Shown here: positions 29,146 through 38,358 of the stretch, in pieces | Layout: each line of letters starts with the position of its first letter | Position numbering within the stretch: position 1 is the first letter of the stretch | IMG/VR virus record: IMGVR_UViG_3300042901_002277 | DNA length: 64,000 nucleotides | Strand: one strand, 5' to 3' | From: a virus | Notes under the pieces: generated by a model | Told to the model about the DNA's origin: nothing | Seen by the model: the letters and a program-made list of their open reading frames with translations, nothing else | Databases searched by the model: none | Program-made: the position numbers and the translations under genes

Positions 29146-29435
29146 TACTTACCACCCCTTTCGGAGTAGTAAGCAACGGCTTCGGTCAGTGTGGTGCAGT
29201 AGTCACCGCTATAGCGCTCCCAGCCACTAGGGCGAGCCACAACGGTCCATACGGCGAACTTGTGGAATGGATTAGTTGGGTTATAGCAGACCGTAATCCA
29301 TGAAGCGTACGAGTCACCAATTTCACGGTCATTCTTTTTCGTGAGTGCCAAGACGGTTATTTCAGTGGCGATTACTTCGCCAAGTTTTAGTTCAGCGAAT
29401 GTTAGGTCCACTGAATTGTCGGTTAGTAGGTACAA
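29145..29435 (-). CDS. Hypothetical protein, paralog of 34108..34389
   Basis: TTG start after GAAAGGGA; YASW...KF.VWTV.A...W....G.YC......Y..RGGK. Confidence 0.65.
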   Translation of the reverse strand: MYLLTDNSVDLTFAELKLGEVIATEITVLALTKKNDREIGDSYASWITVCYNPTNPFHKFAVWTVVARPSGWERYSGDYCTTLTEAVAYYSERGGK

Positions 29436-29626
29436 GGTATTCCCTTTCGTAGTAGTTGGGATAGACACTACAACACCGAATACCAAATTTCCAAAATTAT
29501 TGAGAGCCCCGCAGCACTAGATGCTGGGGTGTGCGGCGGGGCTTTTCGCACGCATAAAGGAAGCCCTGCCCACCAGTTACGGCAGACAGGGCTTCGGTTG
29601 TTCGTAGGGGTGAAAGGGGTAAAGCC

Positions 29627-30067
29627 CTAGAACAAATCCATTACTGCTTCGGCAAGTGCGCCACGAGCATTACCGTCATCGGTAATTGTCTCATCAGGCG
29701 TATCAGAGAAGCGCATAACGCTGGCACAACCGTCTTTGCTGGCGAACACCACTAGGCGTACACGCCTGCGTTCAGGGTGTTGCGATGGTGGTACTTGGTC
29801 ATCATCGCTTTGCCCCTCAACAATAGGTGAAGCCCAACCGCAAGTAAGTACTGCGATGTAATCGCTTACCTTTGCTACGGCTCGGCTGTCATCGCTATTT
29901 AGCAAGTCATAAACATCGCCGTGTTCACCTGCTAGAACAAGTGCCACTCTGCCGTCATCGGTTTCGTTGATAGAAAAGAACATTGCCTGCTTTAGGTCAA
30001 AGTCCCCGTTTAGTTCGTCAGATATTGCCTTTTCGGCTGTCTCTGCCTTATGTAGTAAATCGCTCAT
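29627..30067 (-). CDS. Hypothetical protein
   Basis: SD GAAAGGA before MSDLL; PSQHPERRRVRL motif. Confidence 0.65.
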   Translation of the reverse strand: MSDLLHKAETAEKAISDELNGDFDLKQAMFFSINETDDGRVALVLAGEHGDVYDLLNSDDSRAVAKVSDYIAVLTCGWASPIVEGQSDDDQVPPSQHPERRRVRLVVFASKDGCASVMRFSDTPDETITDDGNARGALAEAVMDLF

Positions 30068-30395
30068 CGGTAGTTCCTTTCGGTAGTAGTTGATTAGATA
30101 AGCACCACTCACATTACTACCCCCGATACCAAATTTCCAAAATACGGGTAGCCCATACAAGAGCCCCGCTGAACTAATCTCTTGGGGTGAACGAACTAGA
30201 GCAAGCGAGAAGCCGGGGCTTATCAAAAAGAATTGCCGAGTTTGATATCGAGTTGTACAACCTTTGGGTACAGATAAGAGCCGTAGAGGAAAGTAACGCC
30301 GAGTTCACTGCCGACAATTTACGCAAGAGTTTCAGGGTAATAAAAAGAGAGGGCTAGAGATTTCTCTCTAACCCCCTCTCGGTAGGTGGATAGGA

Positions 30396-30794
30396 CTAGA
30401 CCGCTTCGGCGGTTTCGGTAACTGCGCCTTCGGCAAGGTCACGGATAACGATACGGGTGTAAGCCGTTGGCTTCACACACGCAGTTTCCACTTCCTCACT
30501 GATATCGCCAGCCTTACGAGCCTTATCAAAAGCCTTCGGCTCAACGGCAGTCTTGGTGACTGCGCCGAACACTTTGGCATTGACAAGTTCTGAAAGTGTT
30601 GCGACATCAAAGTTGCGACGAATTGCCTCAACAAGTTGGACACACTTGTCGTTCGCTTCCCAAGAGTTCACGCCTGCTTCGGCGTACGCTTCGGAAAGCA
30701 ATTCCTTCGCAACAGCGACGGCTTTCTCGGCAGAAGCGAGAGCCTCAACGGCACTCACATACTGGCGAGCAACGGCAGAAAGTTGCTTAGACAT
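30396..30794 (-). CDS. Hypothetical cassette protein
   Basis: Own promoter at 30848 and terminator hairpin at about 30342-30380. Confidence 0.7.
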   Translation of the reverse strand: MSKQLSAVARQYVSAVEALASAEKAVAVAKELLSEAYAEAGVNSWEANDKCVQLVEAIRRNFDVATLSELVNAKVFGAVTKTAVEPKAFDKARKAGDISEEVETACVKPTAYTRIVIRDLAEGAVTETAEAV

Positions 30795-30991
30795 ATTTAT
30801 TCACCCCCTTAGGTGTCTGTAGTAGTTGATACCACTATACACCCCACGATACCAAATTTCCAAAATCGCTTGACGCCATACAGAGCCCCGCCCTTGCCAT
30901 TGCTTGGTTGAGTTGCGGGGCTGTGAACGTGCGCGAAAAAAAGAGGGGCAGGTTTCCCCACCCCTCTCTCCTTTTCAGTAGCCAGTTGTGA

Positions 30992-31423
30992 CTAGAGGTA
31001 CTCCGACACCGACTTGAGAGTAGATGCGTTCACATACTCCTGCTCGGTCATCTTGAGGACACGGATTGCCTGCTTGATTTCCGTTGTCTCGCGCTCGTAC
31101 CTGTGGTCAGGATACGCCTCAGGGCATTGAGGTTCTGTCGGAAGTGCCGTCTTTGGCAACTCCATAGTGACTTGGAACTCCGCTGTCTTGCTCTTTGAGT
31201 TGTTGCTGGAACTGCTGTACCAACGGTTACGGCTTGCGTCAGTCACTACGCCTTTGCTCTTGACGAGTTTGAGGATAGCCAAGTTGTAGGCTTCCTTTGC
31301 TTTCTCGTAGAGAGCCTGCTCTTTTTCTTGATTGGCAAAACGCTGTTCACGCTCGGTCAATGCTTTCTCTAGTGATGAGATGAGCGTACTCACTTTCACC
31401 TTTACGGATATGGACTTACTCAT
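30992..31423 (-). CDS. Hypothetical coiled-coil cassette protein
   Basis: Own promoter at 31478 and terminator at about 30936-30967. Confidence 0.7.
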   Translation of the reverse strand: MSKSISVKVKVSTLISSLEKALTEREQRFANQEKEQALYEKAKEAYNLAILKLVKSKGVVTDASRNRWYSSSSNNSKSKTAEFQVTMELPKTALPTEPQCPEAYPDHRYERETTEIKQAIRVLKMTEQEYVNASTLKSVSEYL

Positions 31424-31589
31424 TATGCCCTGCCTTTCGTAGTAGTTGATTGGGGCACTAATGACATTACTACACCCGATACCAGATTTCCAAAGCCCTT
31501 TCCGCCACCGTCACCTAAAGACGGATACTTGACAAACCACCTCGCACCTGCTAGTGCACCGATTTTTTTCGGCGATTTTTTTGGTGGGG

Positions 31590-31603
31590 CGAACATATGT
31601 TCG
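31590..31603. promoter_or_regulatory. LexA (SOS/Cheo) box
   Basis: CGAAC-ATAT-GTTCG, intergenic. Confidence 0.75.
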
Positions 31604-31704
31604 GTCAGCCCCGCAGTACCAGTAGCGAAGCGGGGCTCTGTGAAAAAAATAGGCCTAGAGCGGAAAGCCCCAGGCCCATTCTGTCTCTAGCTCTTTTTCG
31701 AGCG

Positions 31705-32109
31705 TCAGTCTCTCCACTCGGTAATGACTGGCGTCAAGTCCATGCTCTCTCTGCTGTTGGTTATCATGACGCCCAATTCCAAGTCATGCGAAGCCTCTAG
31801 AGCCATGTTGGCGAAGTGCTCTGTCATGAAGTCGCTCGGAACATTGGTGTCATAGCCTTCATTATCAGCGATACCGACCAGCACGGCGTCACCAGCAAGA
31901 ACCCTGCGGAACAACAAAGACGTGATGTTGTTTGTCGGCAAGTCAATGAGCAAGCCTTCGTCATGGACATAGGCAGTAACGCCCATTTCCCAATCGTTCA
32001 CGCAGTCAAACCAGCCACCGACTAGTTCCTGAATAACGGTGTGTGCGCCGTCACGAGGTAACTCAATAGCGGTTACTTCACCGCTTGTCTTTACAAGTAC
32101 TGCTTTCAT
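31705..32109 (-). CDS. DUF3846-like protein
   Basis: IQELVGGWFDCV...YVHDEGLL..LPTN...LAGDAVLVG. Confidence 0.7.
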   Translation of the reverse strand: MKAVLVKTSGEVTAIELPRDGAHTVIQELVGGWFDCVNDWEMGVTAYVHDEGLLIDLPTNNITSLLFRRVLAGDAVLVGIADNEGYDTNVPSDFMTEHFANMALEASHDLELGVMITNSRESMDLTPVITEWRD

Positions 32110-32561
32110 TTTTTCCCTCTTTCGTAGTAGTTGATTAGATATTACAGGAACGGATACTAAATTTCCAAAACCAAATGGTTGTGGTTATCGGTAAGGACAA
32201 CCACAACCAAATTTGGTTAGTGGACTAAATTACTTTCAGGAACAATCGCAAGTGGGTCGAATTTCCCCGAACCATTTACTCGAACCATGTAACGTAGGTG
32301 ATTGTCGTAACCAACAACCACGCCACTGAATGCGTTGCCGTGACCGTCACGGAACGTAATCGGCGAACCCTCGTCTTTCATAAGCACCCCTTTCGTTGAG
32401 TTGTTAGTACCCTATCAGACCCGATACCAAATTTCCAAAATAACGATAGCCCCGCAGTTGCTGCTACCAATTACCGCTGCGTACTGATTACTCCCGGGGC
32501 TTATATGTAACAGAGATTCGACCCCCACTATTACGGAAGAGGTCGGTGGTAATTGGGTGGA

Positions 32562-32867
32562 CTAGCTACTGTTCTTTAGTGCCCTGACCATTCGCTGTAT
32601 TTTTTTAGCAGCAGGGCTATCAATTTGCGTCACGCAATAACCCAGCTCGTCTAGCTTGTCAAAAAAGCCCCACCAATCTATTTTCTCCTCATTGGCATAC
32701 CAATCGTCATACAGCGACTCCACTAGCTCAATGCAGGTGTCGGTAATGTCGCTCGCTTCAACAATGTTCACTGACTCACTCATTACGCCCCTACTTCCTG
32801 TTGCGCGGTAAGAGATTTGCCATACCTGTTGTATGTACCGTTTCGTGTGTGCTGACCTACTTCGCAT
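32562..32867 (-). CDS. Hypothetical protein (true start likely MSESV)
   Basis: ORF in cassette. Confidence 0.5.
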   Translation of the reverse strand: MRSRSAHTKRYIQQVWQISYRATGSRGVMSESVNIVEASDITDTCIELVESLYDDWYANEEKIDWWGFFDKLDELGYCVTQIDSPAAKKIQRMVRALKNSS

Positions 32868-32974
32868 AGGAAGTACATAGTCTCGCCATTGGTCATTACT
32901 TCCATATCTACAATATGAGCCAGTGTTTCTTTGCCGTTCAAGCTGAACGACACTAGTTGGTCTAGTTCAAACAT
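32783..32974 (-). CDS. Hypothetical protein
   Basis: SD GAAAAGGGG; promoter at 33017. Confidence 0.55.
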   Translation of the reverse strand: MFELDQLVSFSLNGKETLAHIVDMEVMTNGETMYFLCEVGQHTRNGTYNRYGKSLTAQQEVGA

Positions 32975-33669
32975 TGCTATCCCCTTTCATTTGGATACCC
33001 CCACTCTATATCACTGGATACCAAATTTCCAAAATCATATTCAGCCCCGCTTCATCCGGTCGCCGCAATTCTTTTTGCCGCAATGCCCGGGGCTATTGAA
33101 ATGGAACGCGCCGCATATTTTGTTTTTATACGCGAAAAAGCCCACCGCACATTTCGCACGGTGGGCTTTACTCGAATTGCTGTTACTTACTTAGACTGCT
33201 GATTTACTCGAAGCTTGTTCGCTAACCCTGTTGGGAAGCCAACCTCGCCTCGTTGCACAACGCCAGTGTTCGACGCTGGTTTGCGCTTTTTCTTTGGCTT
33301 GTTGCTCTCGTTCATATTCACCCCCAATCCCTTTCGTAAGAGCAACACTACAGCATGAGATACCAAATTTCCATTGCGCAGCGGGGCTTCGTTGCAGCAA
33401 GCATTTATCGCTGCGTAATTATTTGTGAGACATGAACGACAAATGATTCACCCATGTACTCAACTCGAGCAAGTTGTTGCTGCATGTCGTGATAGCCAAC
33501 AAAAACAACCGCAGCATGCCCTGTTGTTTTTCTACTTGTTTTCTTTTCTTTGTGGTATCCGAATGACACTGGCACAAAAACTAATTCACCGCTTTGCATT
33601 TTTTTCCTTTCGATAGATTCCTTTTTCAAATAGTGGTTTCTGTTGCCAAGTACCACTGGACTCCGTTTG

Positions 33670-33912
33670 TTAGACGGTGATGGTTCCACCTTCCCAAATG
33701 CCTCGGGTGCGGTGTCCTACCAGTGGATACTCATAGTTGAGGTATCCAAGTGGCAAGTCCGCAGCGAAGCGAGTGGTCGTGATGACGGTCGCCATGTCAA
33801 TGCCACAGCGCTCCAAGTCACGCACAAAGGACAGAATCAGGTGTGTGTAAACCACACGCTGACGAGTCATCTGTCCATCGTGGAACTGAAGAATGCTCTT
33901 TTTCATATTCAC
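33670..33912 (-). CDS. Hypothetical protein
   Basis: SD GAAAGGGGG; promoter at 33973. Confidence 0.55.
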   Translation of the reverse strand: MNMKKSILQFHDGQMTRQRVVYTHLILSFVRDLERCGIDMATVITTTRFAADLPLGYLNYEYPLVGHRTRGIWEGGTITV

Positions 33913-34107
33913 CCCCTTTCAAAGAAGCGTGGTTCGAGTGGTTCTCGAACGCTGCACCACATTACTACGCTCGATACCAAATTTCCAAAATAGAAGCAGC
34001 TCGATTTAGCCCCGCAGCACACGTTGGTAGACAAAAAGAATAACGGGGCTTACGTACAAGAAAAGCGACCCGAAGGTCGCTCTTCCCGAACTTTCCGACT
34101 TGCTGAA

Positions 34108-34389
34108 CTACTTGCCACCTCGTGACTCGTAGTGCTTCACAGCGTCAACGATTGACGTGCAGTAGTTTCCGCTCTCACGCACCCAGCCGTAGTCCTCGGT
34201 CGCAATCACTGTCCACACTACGAACTTCGCGTGTGGGTCGTTTGTGACTTCGCAGATGGCAACCCATGATGCGTAGATGATACCGACCATGCGGTCTGAT
34301 TTTTTCGTGCATGCAATCACTCGCACACCCGCTGCGATTTCCTCGCCGAACTTCAACTCACTTGCTTCGGTCACCTTGATGGTATCCAT
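34108..34389 (-). CDS. Hypothetical protein, paralog of 29145..29435
   Basis: SD GAAAGGGG; shared motifs. Confidence 0.65.
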   Translation of the reverse strand: MDTIKVTEASELKFGEEIAAGVRVIACTKKSDRMVGIIYASWVAICEVTNDPHAKFVVWTVIATEDYGWVRESGNYCTSIVDAVKHYESRGGK

Positions 34390-34819
34390 GTCGTTCCCCT
34401 TTCGTGGGCTTGTTTTTATGACAACCACATCTTAGTACACGTGATACCAAATTTCCAAAATGGTCAGAGCGAAAATGAGCCCCGGCTTTACTCCTCGTCG
34501 CCTTCATGCTCGTAATCCGATGGGCAATAGTCATACCTATCAGGGTTTGCTCTGTACTCCTCACGGTACTCCTCTGTTGTCTTGCCAGTACGGCAGGCTT
34601 CTGCTTCCTGCTTCATCTCGTGCATGAGGTTGGTGTCTAGGTAATTGGTCATCGCATACTCCCTGCGTACATTCTGTCCTGCAGGTCTGCATGGTGATAA
34701 TCGCACAATGAGACAGTGATAATGCCACTTTCGTACTGACGTACAGTGCCACCGCATTTATCTGCGCTGTCTGCATTGGTGTTGAGTTCTCTACATTGAG
34801 TTGTTGGTGTATTCACTGG

Positions 34820-35197
34820 TTATTCCTTTCCGATTAGAACTTTATTGCAATTCTTGATTGCCGTAATGCACTGGTTGATAAGTGACGTAAACGCCCTGTA
34901 CGACATGACGCTATCTCGTTCGTCGTATCGTGCACACTCTAAATCCTGTTTACGCCACAGCAATTCTTTTTTCAGAGCTTTTATAGCGTCAATAGATACA
35001 TCTACGGCAACGGTGTTGTTTAGTCCACGCTTTACAACTATACGGCGTGGTGCAATAACAAACTCTGCGAACGCTTTTGTATCATCGTCCATTTCCTCAC
35101 CCGATGCTATTTGGCGTTCTACGTCCTCACAGCGAGGCGTCATATCACCATCTATGACACTAGAGAACCTAATCTCGAATACTTGTTTTGTTTCCAT
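34820..35197 (-). CDS. Hypothetical protein
   Basis: SD GAAAGGGG before METKQ; promoter at 35241. Confidence 0.6.
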   Translation of the reverse strand: METKQVFEIRFSSVIDGDMTPRCEDVERQIASGEEMDDDTKAFAEFVIAPRRIVVKRGLNNTVAVDVSIDAIKALKKELLWRKQDLECARYDERDSVMSYRAFTSLINQCITAIKNCNKVLIGKE

Positions 35198-35374
35198 TTC
35201 GTTATCCCCTTTCATTGGATATGTACATATTACTAAACGAGATACCAAATTTCCAAATCACACAATAAGCCCCGGTATCCGGACGCCGCTTACCGGGAAT
35301 GAAGCGGGGCTCTCGGCCAAATAAGTGGCGCAGGTTTCCCCACGCCACCTAATCTGTTGGACTAACTTCGCTAA

Positions 35375-35671
35375 CTAATCGGCGTCGTAATAGTCTTCAG
35401 GATTGTCGCACCATGCGTCTAGGTGGTGGGATTGAATGATTGCCCATGCAGGCGCACTTGTCTTACCCTTCCACGACACACCTTCAGGCAGTTCAATGAG
35501 TTCATCGCCACTGAACGTTGCGTTGTAACTGTCAATGGCGTTCAAGCACACTGGGACCATTGACAACGGCACTGGTGGATAGTGATTACTTTGCAGGTGG
35601 ATTGCTAGGGCGTTATCTAGTGATATGCCCATGTCGTTATCGGCTAATTCTTGCGCTAACTGATTACCCAT
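35375..35671 (-). CDS. Hypothetical phage protein
   Basis: HLQSNHYPPVP..IELPEGV..HHLDAW; structured leader upstream. Confidence 0.65.
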   Translation of the reverse strand: MGNQLAQELADNDMGISLDNALAIHLQSNHYPPVPLSMVPVCLNAIDSYNATFSGDELIELPEGVSWKGKTSAPAWAIIQSHHLDAWCDNPEDYYDAD

Positions 35672-35700
35672 GATTGCCCCCTTCAGGACTGTAGTAGTGA

Positions 35701-35774
35701 AGTTGGTGGGAGCCTGTCGGGAGACATTTCCATCCCCCGATTAGCGTTATTGGACACTCTTCAGTCCCACCAAC
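35701..35774 (-). promoter_or_regulatory. Structured 5' leader (three-way junction)
   Basis: GTTGGTGGGA/TCCCACCAAC closing stem with two inner hairpins, between the 35796 promoter and the SD. Confidence 0.55.
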
Positions 35775-35941
35775 AATGAATACTTTACAACACTGGATAC
35801 CAAATTTCCAAAGTGCGACTGGCCACCCCTGCGCCTTCAAGAGCGTGGTTTAAGCCCCGCGTATCAACTGGCTTGAGTATTGGAATGCCGGGGCTATCTG
35901 ACTAAAAAGTCGAGCAACCGATTGGCTGCCCGACTTTTGTT

Positions 35942-36145
35942 TCAGTCGATTTGGATTTTGTCAAACACTTCGGCTCGAGCATTGAGCATCGCCCAATGAA
36001 AAGCGTCCATGAAAATCTGCTGCTTCTCTGCCGACCGAAACTCTCGCTCGGCGTGGGCCCGAGCCTCGGCGGTCTTAACCGCCAAGAGCCCGACCCACCA
36101 GTTGGCCTTCTCGTTCATTGGATTTTGTACAACTCGTAAATCCAA
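35942..36145 (-). CDS. Hypothetical protein
   Basis: ORF in cassette. Confidence 0.45.
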   Translation of the reverse strand: MDLRVVQNPMNEKANWWVGLLAVKTAEARAHAEREFRSAEKQQIFMDAFHWAMLNARAEVFDKIQID

Positions 36146-36339
36146 CCCGTGCCGCCGCCGTAGGTGTACCTCTCGCCGATGCTGCTCTTCATGGCGTCAA
36201 GCGCGCTGTCGAGCATGAACCAAGCATCCTCTTCGTACGTCTCGTCCTCGGCGTTCCTGATTGCCTCGGTGAACAACTCGAGTTGGACCTTCACCTCCTC
36301 GATTATTTCCTTGACTGTCTTCACCTTTTCTGCTTCCAT
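36115..36339 (-). CDS. Hypothetical protein
   Basis: SD GAAAAGGGG; promoter at 36406. Confidence 0.6.
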   Translation of the reverse strand: MEAEKVKTVKEIIEEVKVQLELFTEAIRNAEDETYEEDAWFMLDSALDAMKSSIGERYTYGGGTGWIYELYKIQ

Positions 36340-36359
36340 GACTTTCCCCTTTTCTCGAA

Positions 36360-36375
36360 TGTTCCACGTGGAACA
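36360..36375. promoter_or_regulatory. parS: Chromosomal-type parS site
   Basis: Perfect palindrome TGTTCCACGTGGAACA (extends to 20 bp) matching the TGTTNCACGTGNAACA consensus. Confidence 0.7.
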
Positions 36376-36628
36376 TTTCCTTACGAGACCAATACTAGTA
36401 CACCCGATACCAAATTTCCAAATTCAAACACAGCCCCGCAAAAGTTTTTTTCATTTAACATACAGATGACATACAGGTAACATACAAATTTTCAGCAGCA
36501 GAAGGGTATGCGGGGCTATTTTGGGCAAAAAATAAACCACACCAAAACTCTACGCAATTTGAAAGGGGTAAAACGCGGAGTAATGGTGTGGTTATTTATT
36601 AGTAGGTATTTCTACCCACTAAAACTTG

Positions 36629-36967
36629 CTACACAATACGAGAGTGTAGTGGTGTCTCAATGTAGATGGTAGGTCGGTCTGAGAACTTGTCCTCAAATAC
36701 TCCGAGCAAGTATGGTGCTACTTCCTCGTTGTACCCATCTGCGATACCGCAAGCCTGTGACTTGGATAGACATGGTAGGTCACGGTAGAGAAAGTCTGAA
36801 CCATCTCCAGTTGGTGACTGAAAGTAAATGCGTACTGCCCATTCTGTAGTTACTCCAAACTCTTTCATGAGTTGTTTTACTACTTCGGCACTAACAATAG
36901 AACCTTTTCCCGATTTCATTACTTGCCTACCTTTCCAGTAGTGAGTGTTTGTTCTAGCACTAGCCAA
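36629..36967 (-). CDS. Hypothetical protein (start likely MKSGK)
   Basis: Coupled ORF. Confidence 0.5.
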   Translation of the reverse strand: MASARTNTHYWKGRQVMKSGKGSIVSAEVVKQLMKEFGVTTEWAVRIYFQSPTGDGSDFLYRDLPCLSKSQACGIADGYNEEVAPYLLGVFEDKFSDRPTIYIETPLHSRIV

Positions 36968-37167
36968 GAGTGACCAGTACTTGTGTTTGCGTGTATTTGG
37001 AAACTGTAAGTGTTGTAGTCGCCTACGCTCTCCCAGTACTCCAAAGCCTCGTCAGTTGCCAACCAAGCCTCACACTCTTTACGAGTGTCAGCCTCAAACG
37101 CTGGCGTGTCGCTATCTGGTAGACAGCCTGCGCTAGCCCACCAAACCTGATAAATCGTATGTTTCAT
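36919..37167 (-). CDS. Hypothetical protein
   Basis: AGCLPDSD motif; SD GAAAGGGG. Confidence 0.6.
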   Translation of the reverse strand: MKHTIYQVWWASAGCLPDSDTPAFEADTRKECEAWLATDEALEYWESVGDYNTYSFQIHANTSTGHSWLVLEQTLTTGKVGK

Positions 37168-37505
37168 AATTTCCCCTTTCCGAGAAACTTACGGAGATAC
37201 TTTCCCCGTTGAGATAGATAGTACTACCCCTGATACCAAATTTCCAAAATCACTTTTTACGCTTTATTACTGCGTAGATATAGGTAAAGATAACGCCACT
37301 AAGAAACCCAATGACCAATCCTTGTACATACATAACTACTTCCACGATTTTCCCTTTCCGTTGTAGGTGATACTAAATTACAGGCCTGTAGTGATTATGT
37401 CAAGGATTTCGATACAGCCCCGCGTTTCCGGCTGCGCCGCTCTAGCCCCCGGGGCTTTGCTCTAGAAAGAGAGTAGCAACCGTTGTGGTCACTACTCCCT
37501 TCCGA

Positions 37506-37814
37506 CTAGCAGGTGAAGTAATCGTATAGATACTGACGAGCCTCGTCAGAGAGTGCGTCCTCGTCAAGTACGAGATACTTCCCAGAGCCATTGCAATCAT
37601 CACAGCGCTCGTCATAGAGCCCTGAGATGTAGTTCTCACGGAACTCGTCATCTTGCTCATTCCACTCGTCAGCCGAATATGCGCCGAACCTGTTGGAGTG
37701 ACCACCAGAGCCACGACAAAGGTCGCAGATAGCCCATTCCTCATGAATAGAGCAACGTCCTATCTCCTCGTCAGCAATCGCCTGACGAATAATCTCAGCA
37801 TGAGTAGTTTTCAT
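37506..37814 (-). CDS. DnaJ-type CxxCxGxG Zn-finger protein
   Basis: CDLCRGSG, CDDCNGSG. Confidence 0.65.
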   Translation of the reverse strand: MKTTHAEIIRQAIADEEIGRCSIHEEWAICDLCRGSGGHSNRFGAYSADEWNEQDDEFRENYISGLYDERCDDCNGSGKYLVLDEDALSDEARQYLYDYFTC

Positions 37815-37999
37815 AAAATAACCCCTTTTCTAGTAGTTCCCAATAGTTTATTACACGAGATACTAAGTTTCCAAAATACTGGTGGCACACCCAGTCACAT
37901 AGAGCATGGGTCAAGCCCCGCATTTGAGTGTTGTTGTAGGTAGAGCCGGGGCTATCGAAAAGTTTTAGCCAGGTGAACAGGCTAAAACCATCTTGCAGC

Positions 38000-38170
38000 T
38001 CATTCGTAATCAAGCCCATCCATAAAGGCTTCGTTGTCCGAATACCACGCAAGGTCGTCTTCCTGTATGAGGTGACCATCTAGTGTGTACTCTCCGTCGT
38101 CCCACGGATTGAGCTTGGCCTCGCGGCGCTCTGCTTGCTTTGCTGTTTCGTATTGCTCGTTGTTGTCCAT
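38000..38170 (-). CDS. Small acidic protein, leaderless (not in ORF track)
   Basis: MDNNEQYETAK...DGLDYE*; ATG 6 nt after TAAATT of the 38191 promoter. Confidence 0.55.
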   Translation of the reverse strand: MDNNEQYETAKQAERREAKLNPWDDGEYTLDGHLIQEDDLAWYSDNEAFMDGLDYE

Positions 38171-38358
38171 GCCTCAAATTTACAACATGAGATACCAAAT
38201 TTCTAAAATCAAGAGGGGTCGAATGGACAAGATGAGCTGGCCGCCTTTCGCAATCAGTAGCCCCGGCTATCCGGTAATCCAGTAGGAGCGGCGGGGCTGA
38301 TGAAAAATTTTAGGGGTGTAACAAGGTTTTATTCCCTGTTACACCCCCAACGGGGGGA

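Larger units (their letters stand above)
15105..31513 (-). repeat. Polar motif TGACGGTGGYGGAARG (about 9 copies)
   Basis: + strand YTTTCCACCACCGTCA-like copies at about 15105, 15455, 15705, 16926, 18104, 22585, 25647, 28355, 31498, all in the same orientation. Confidence 0.8.

Noticed and set aside
35701-35774. Canonical hammerhead ribozyme
   Set aside because: CUGAAGA is present, but the GAAA and UH core elements are missing
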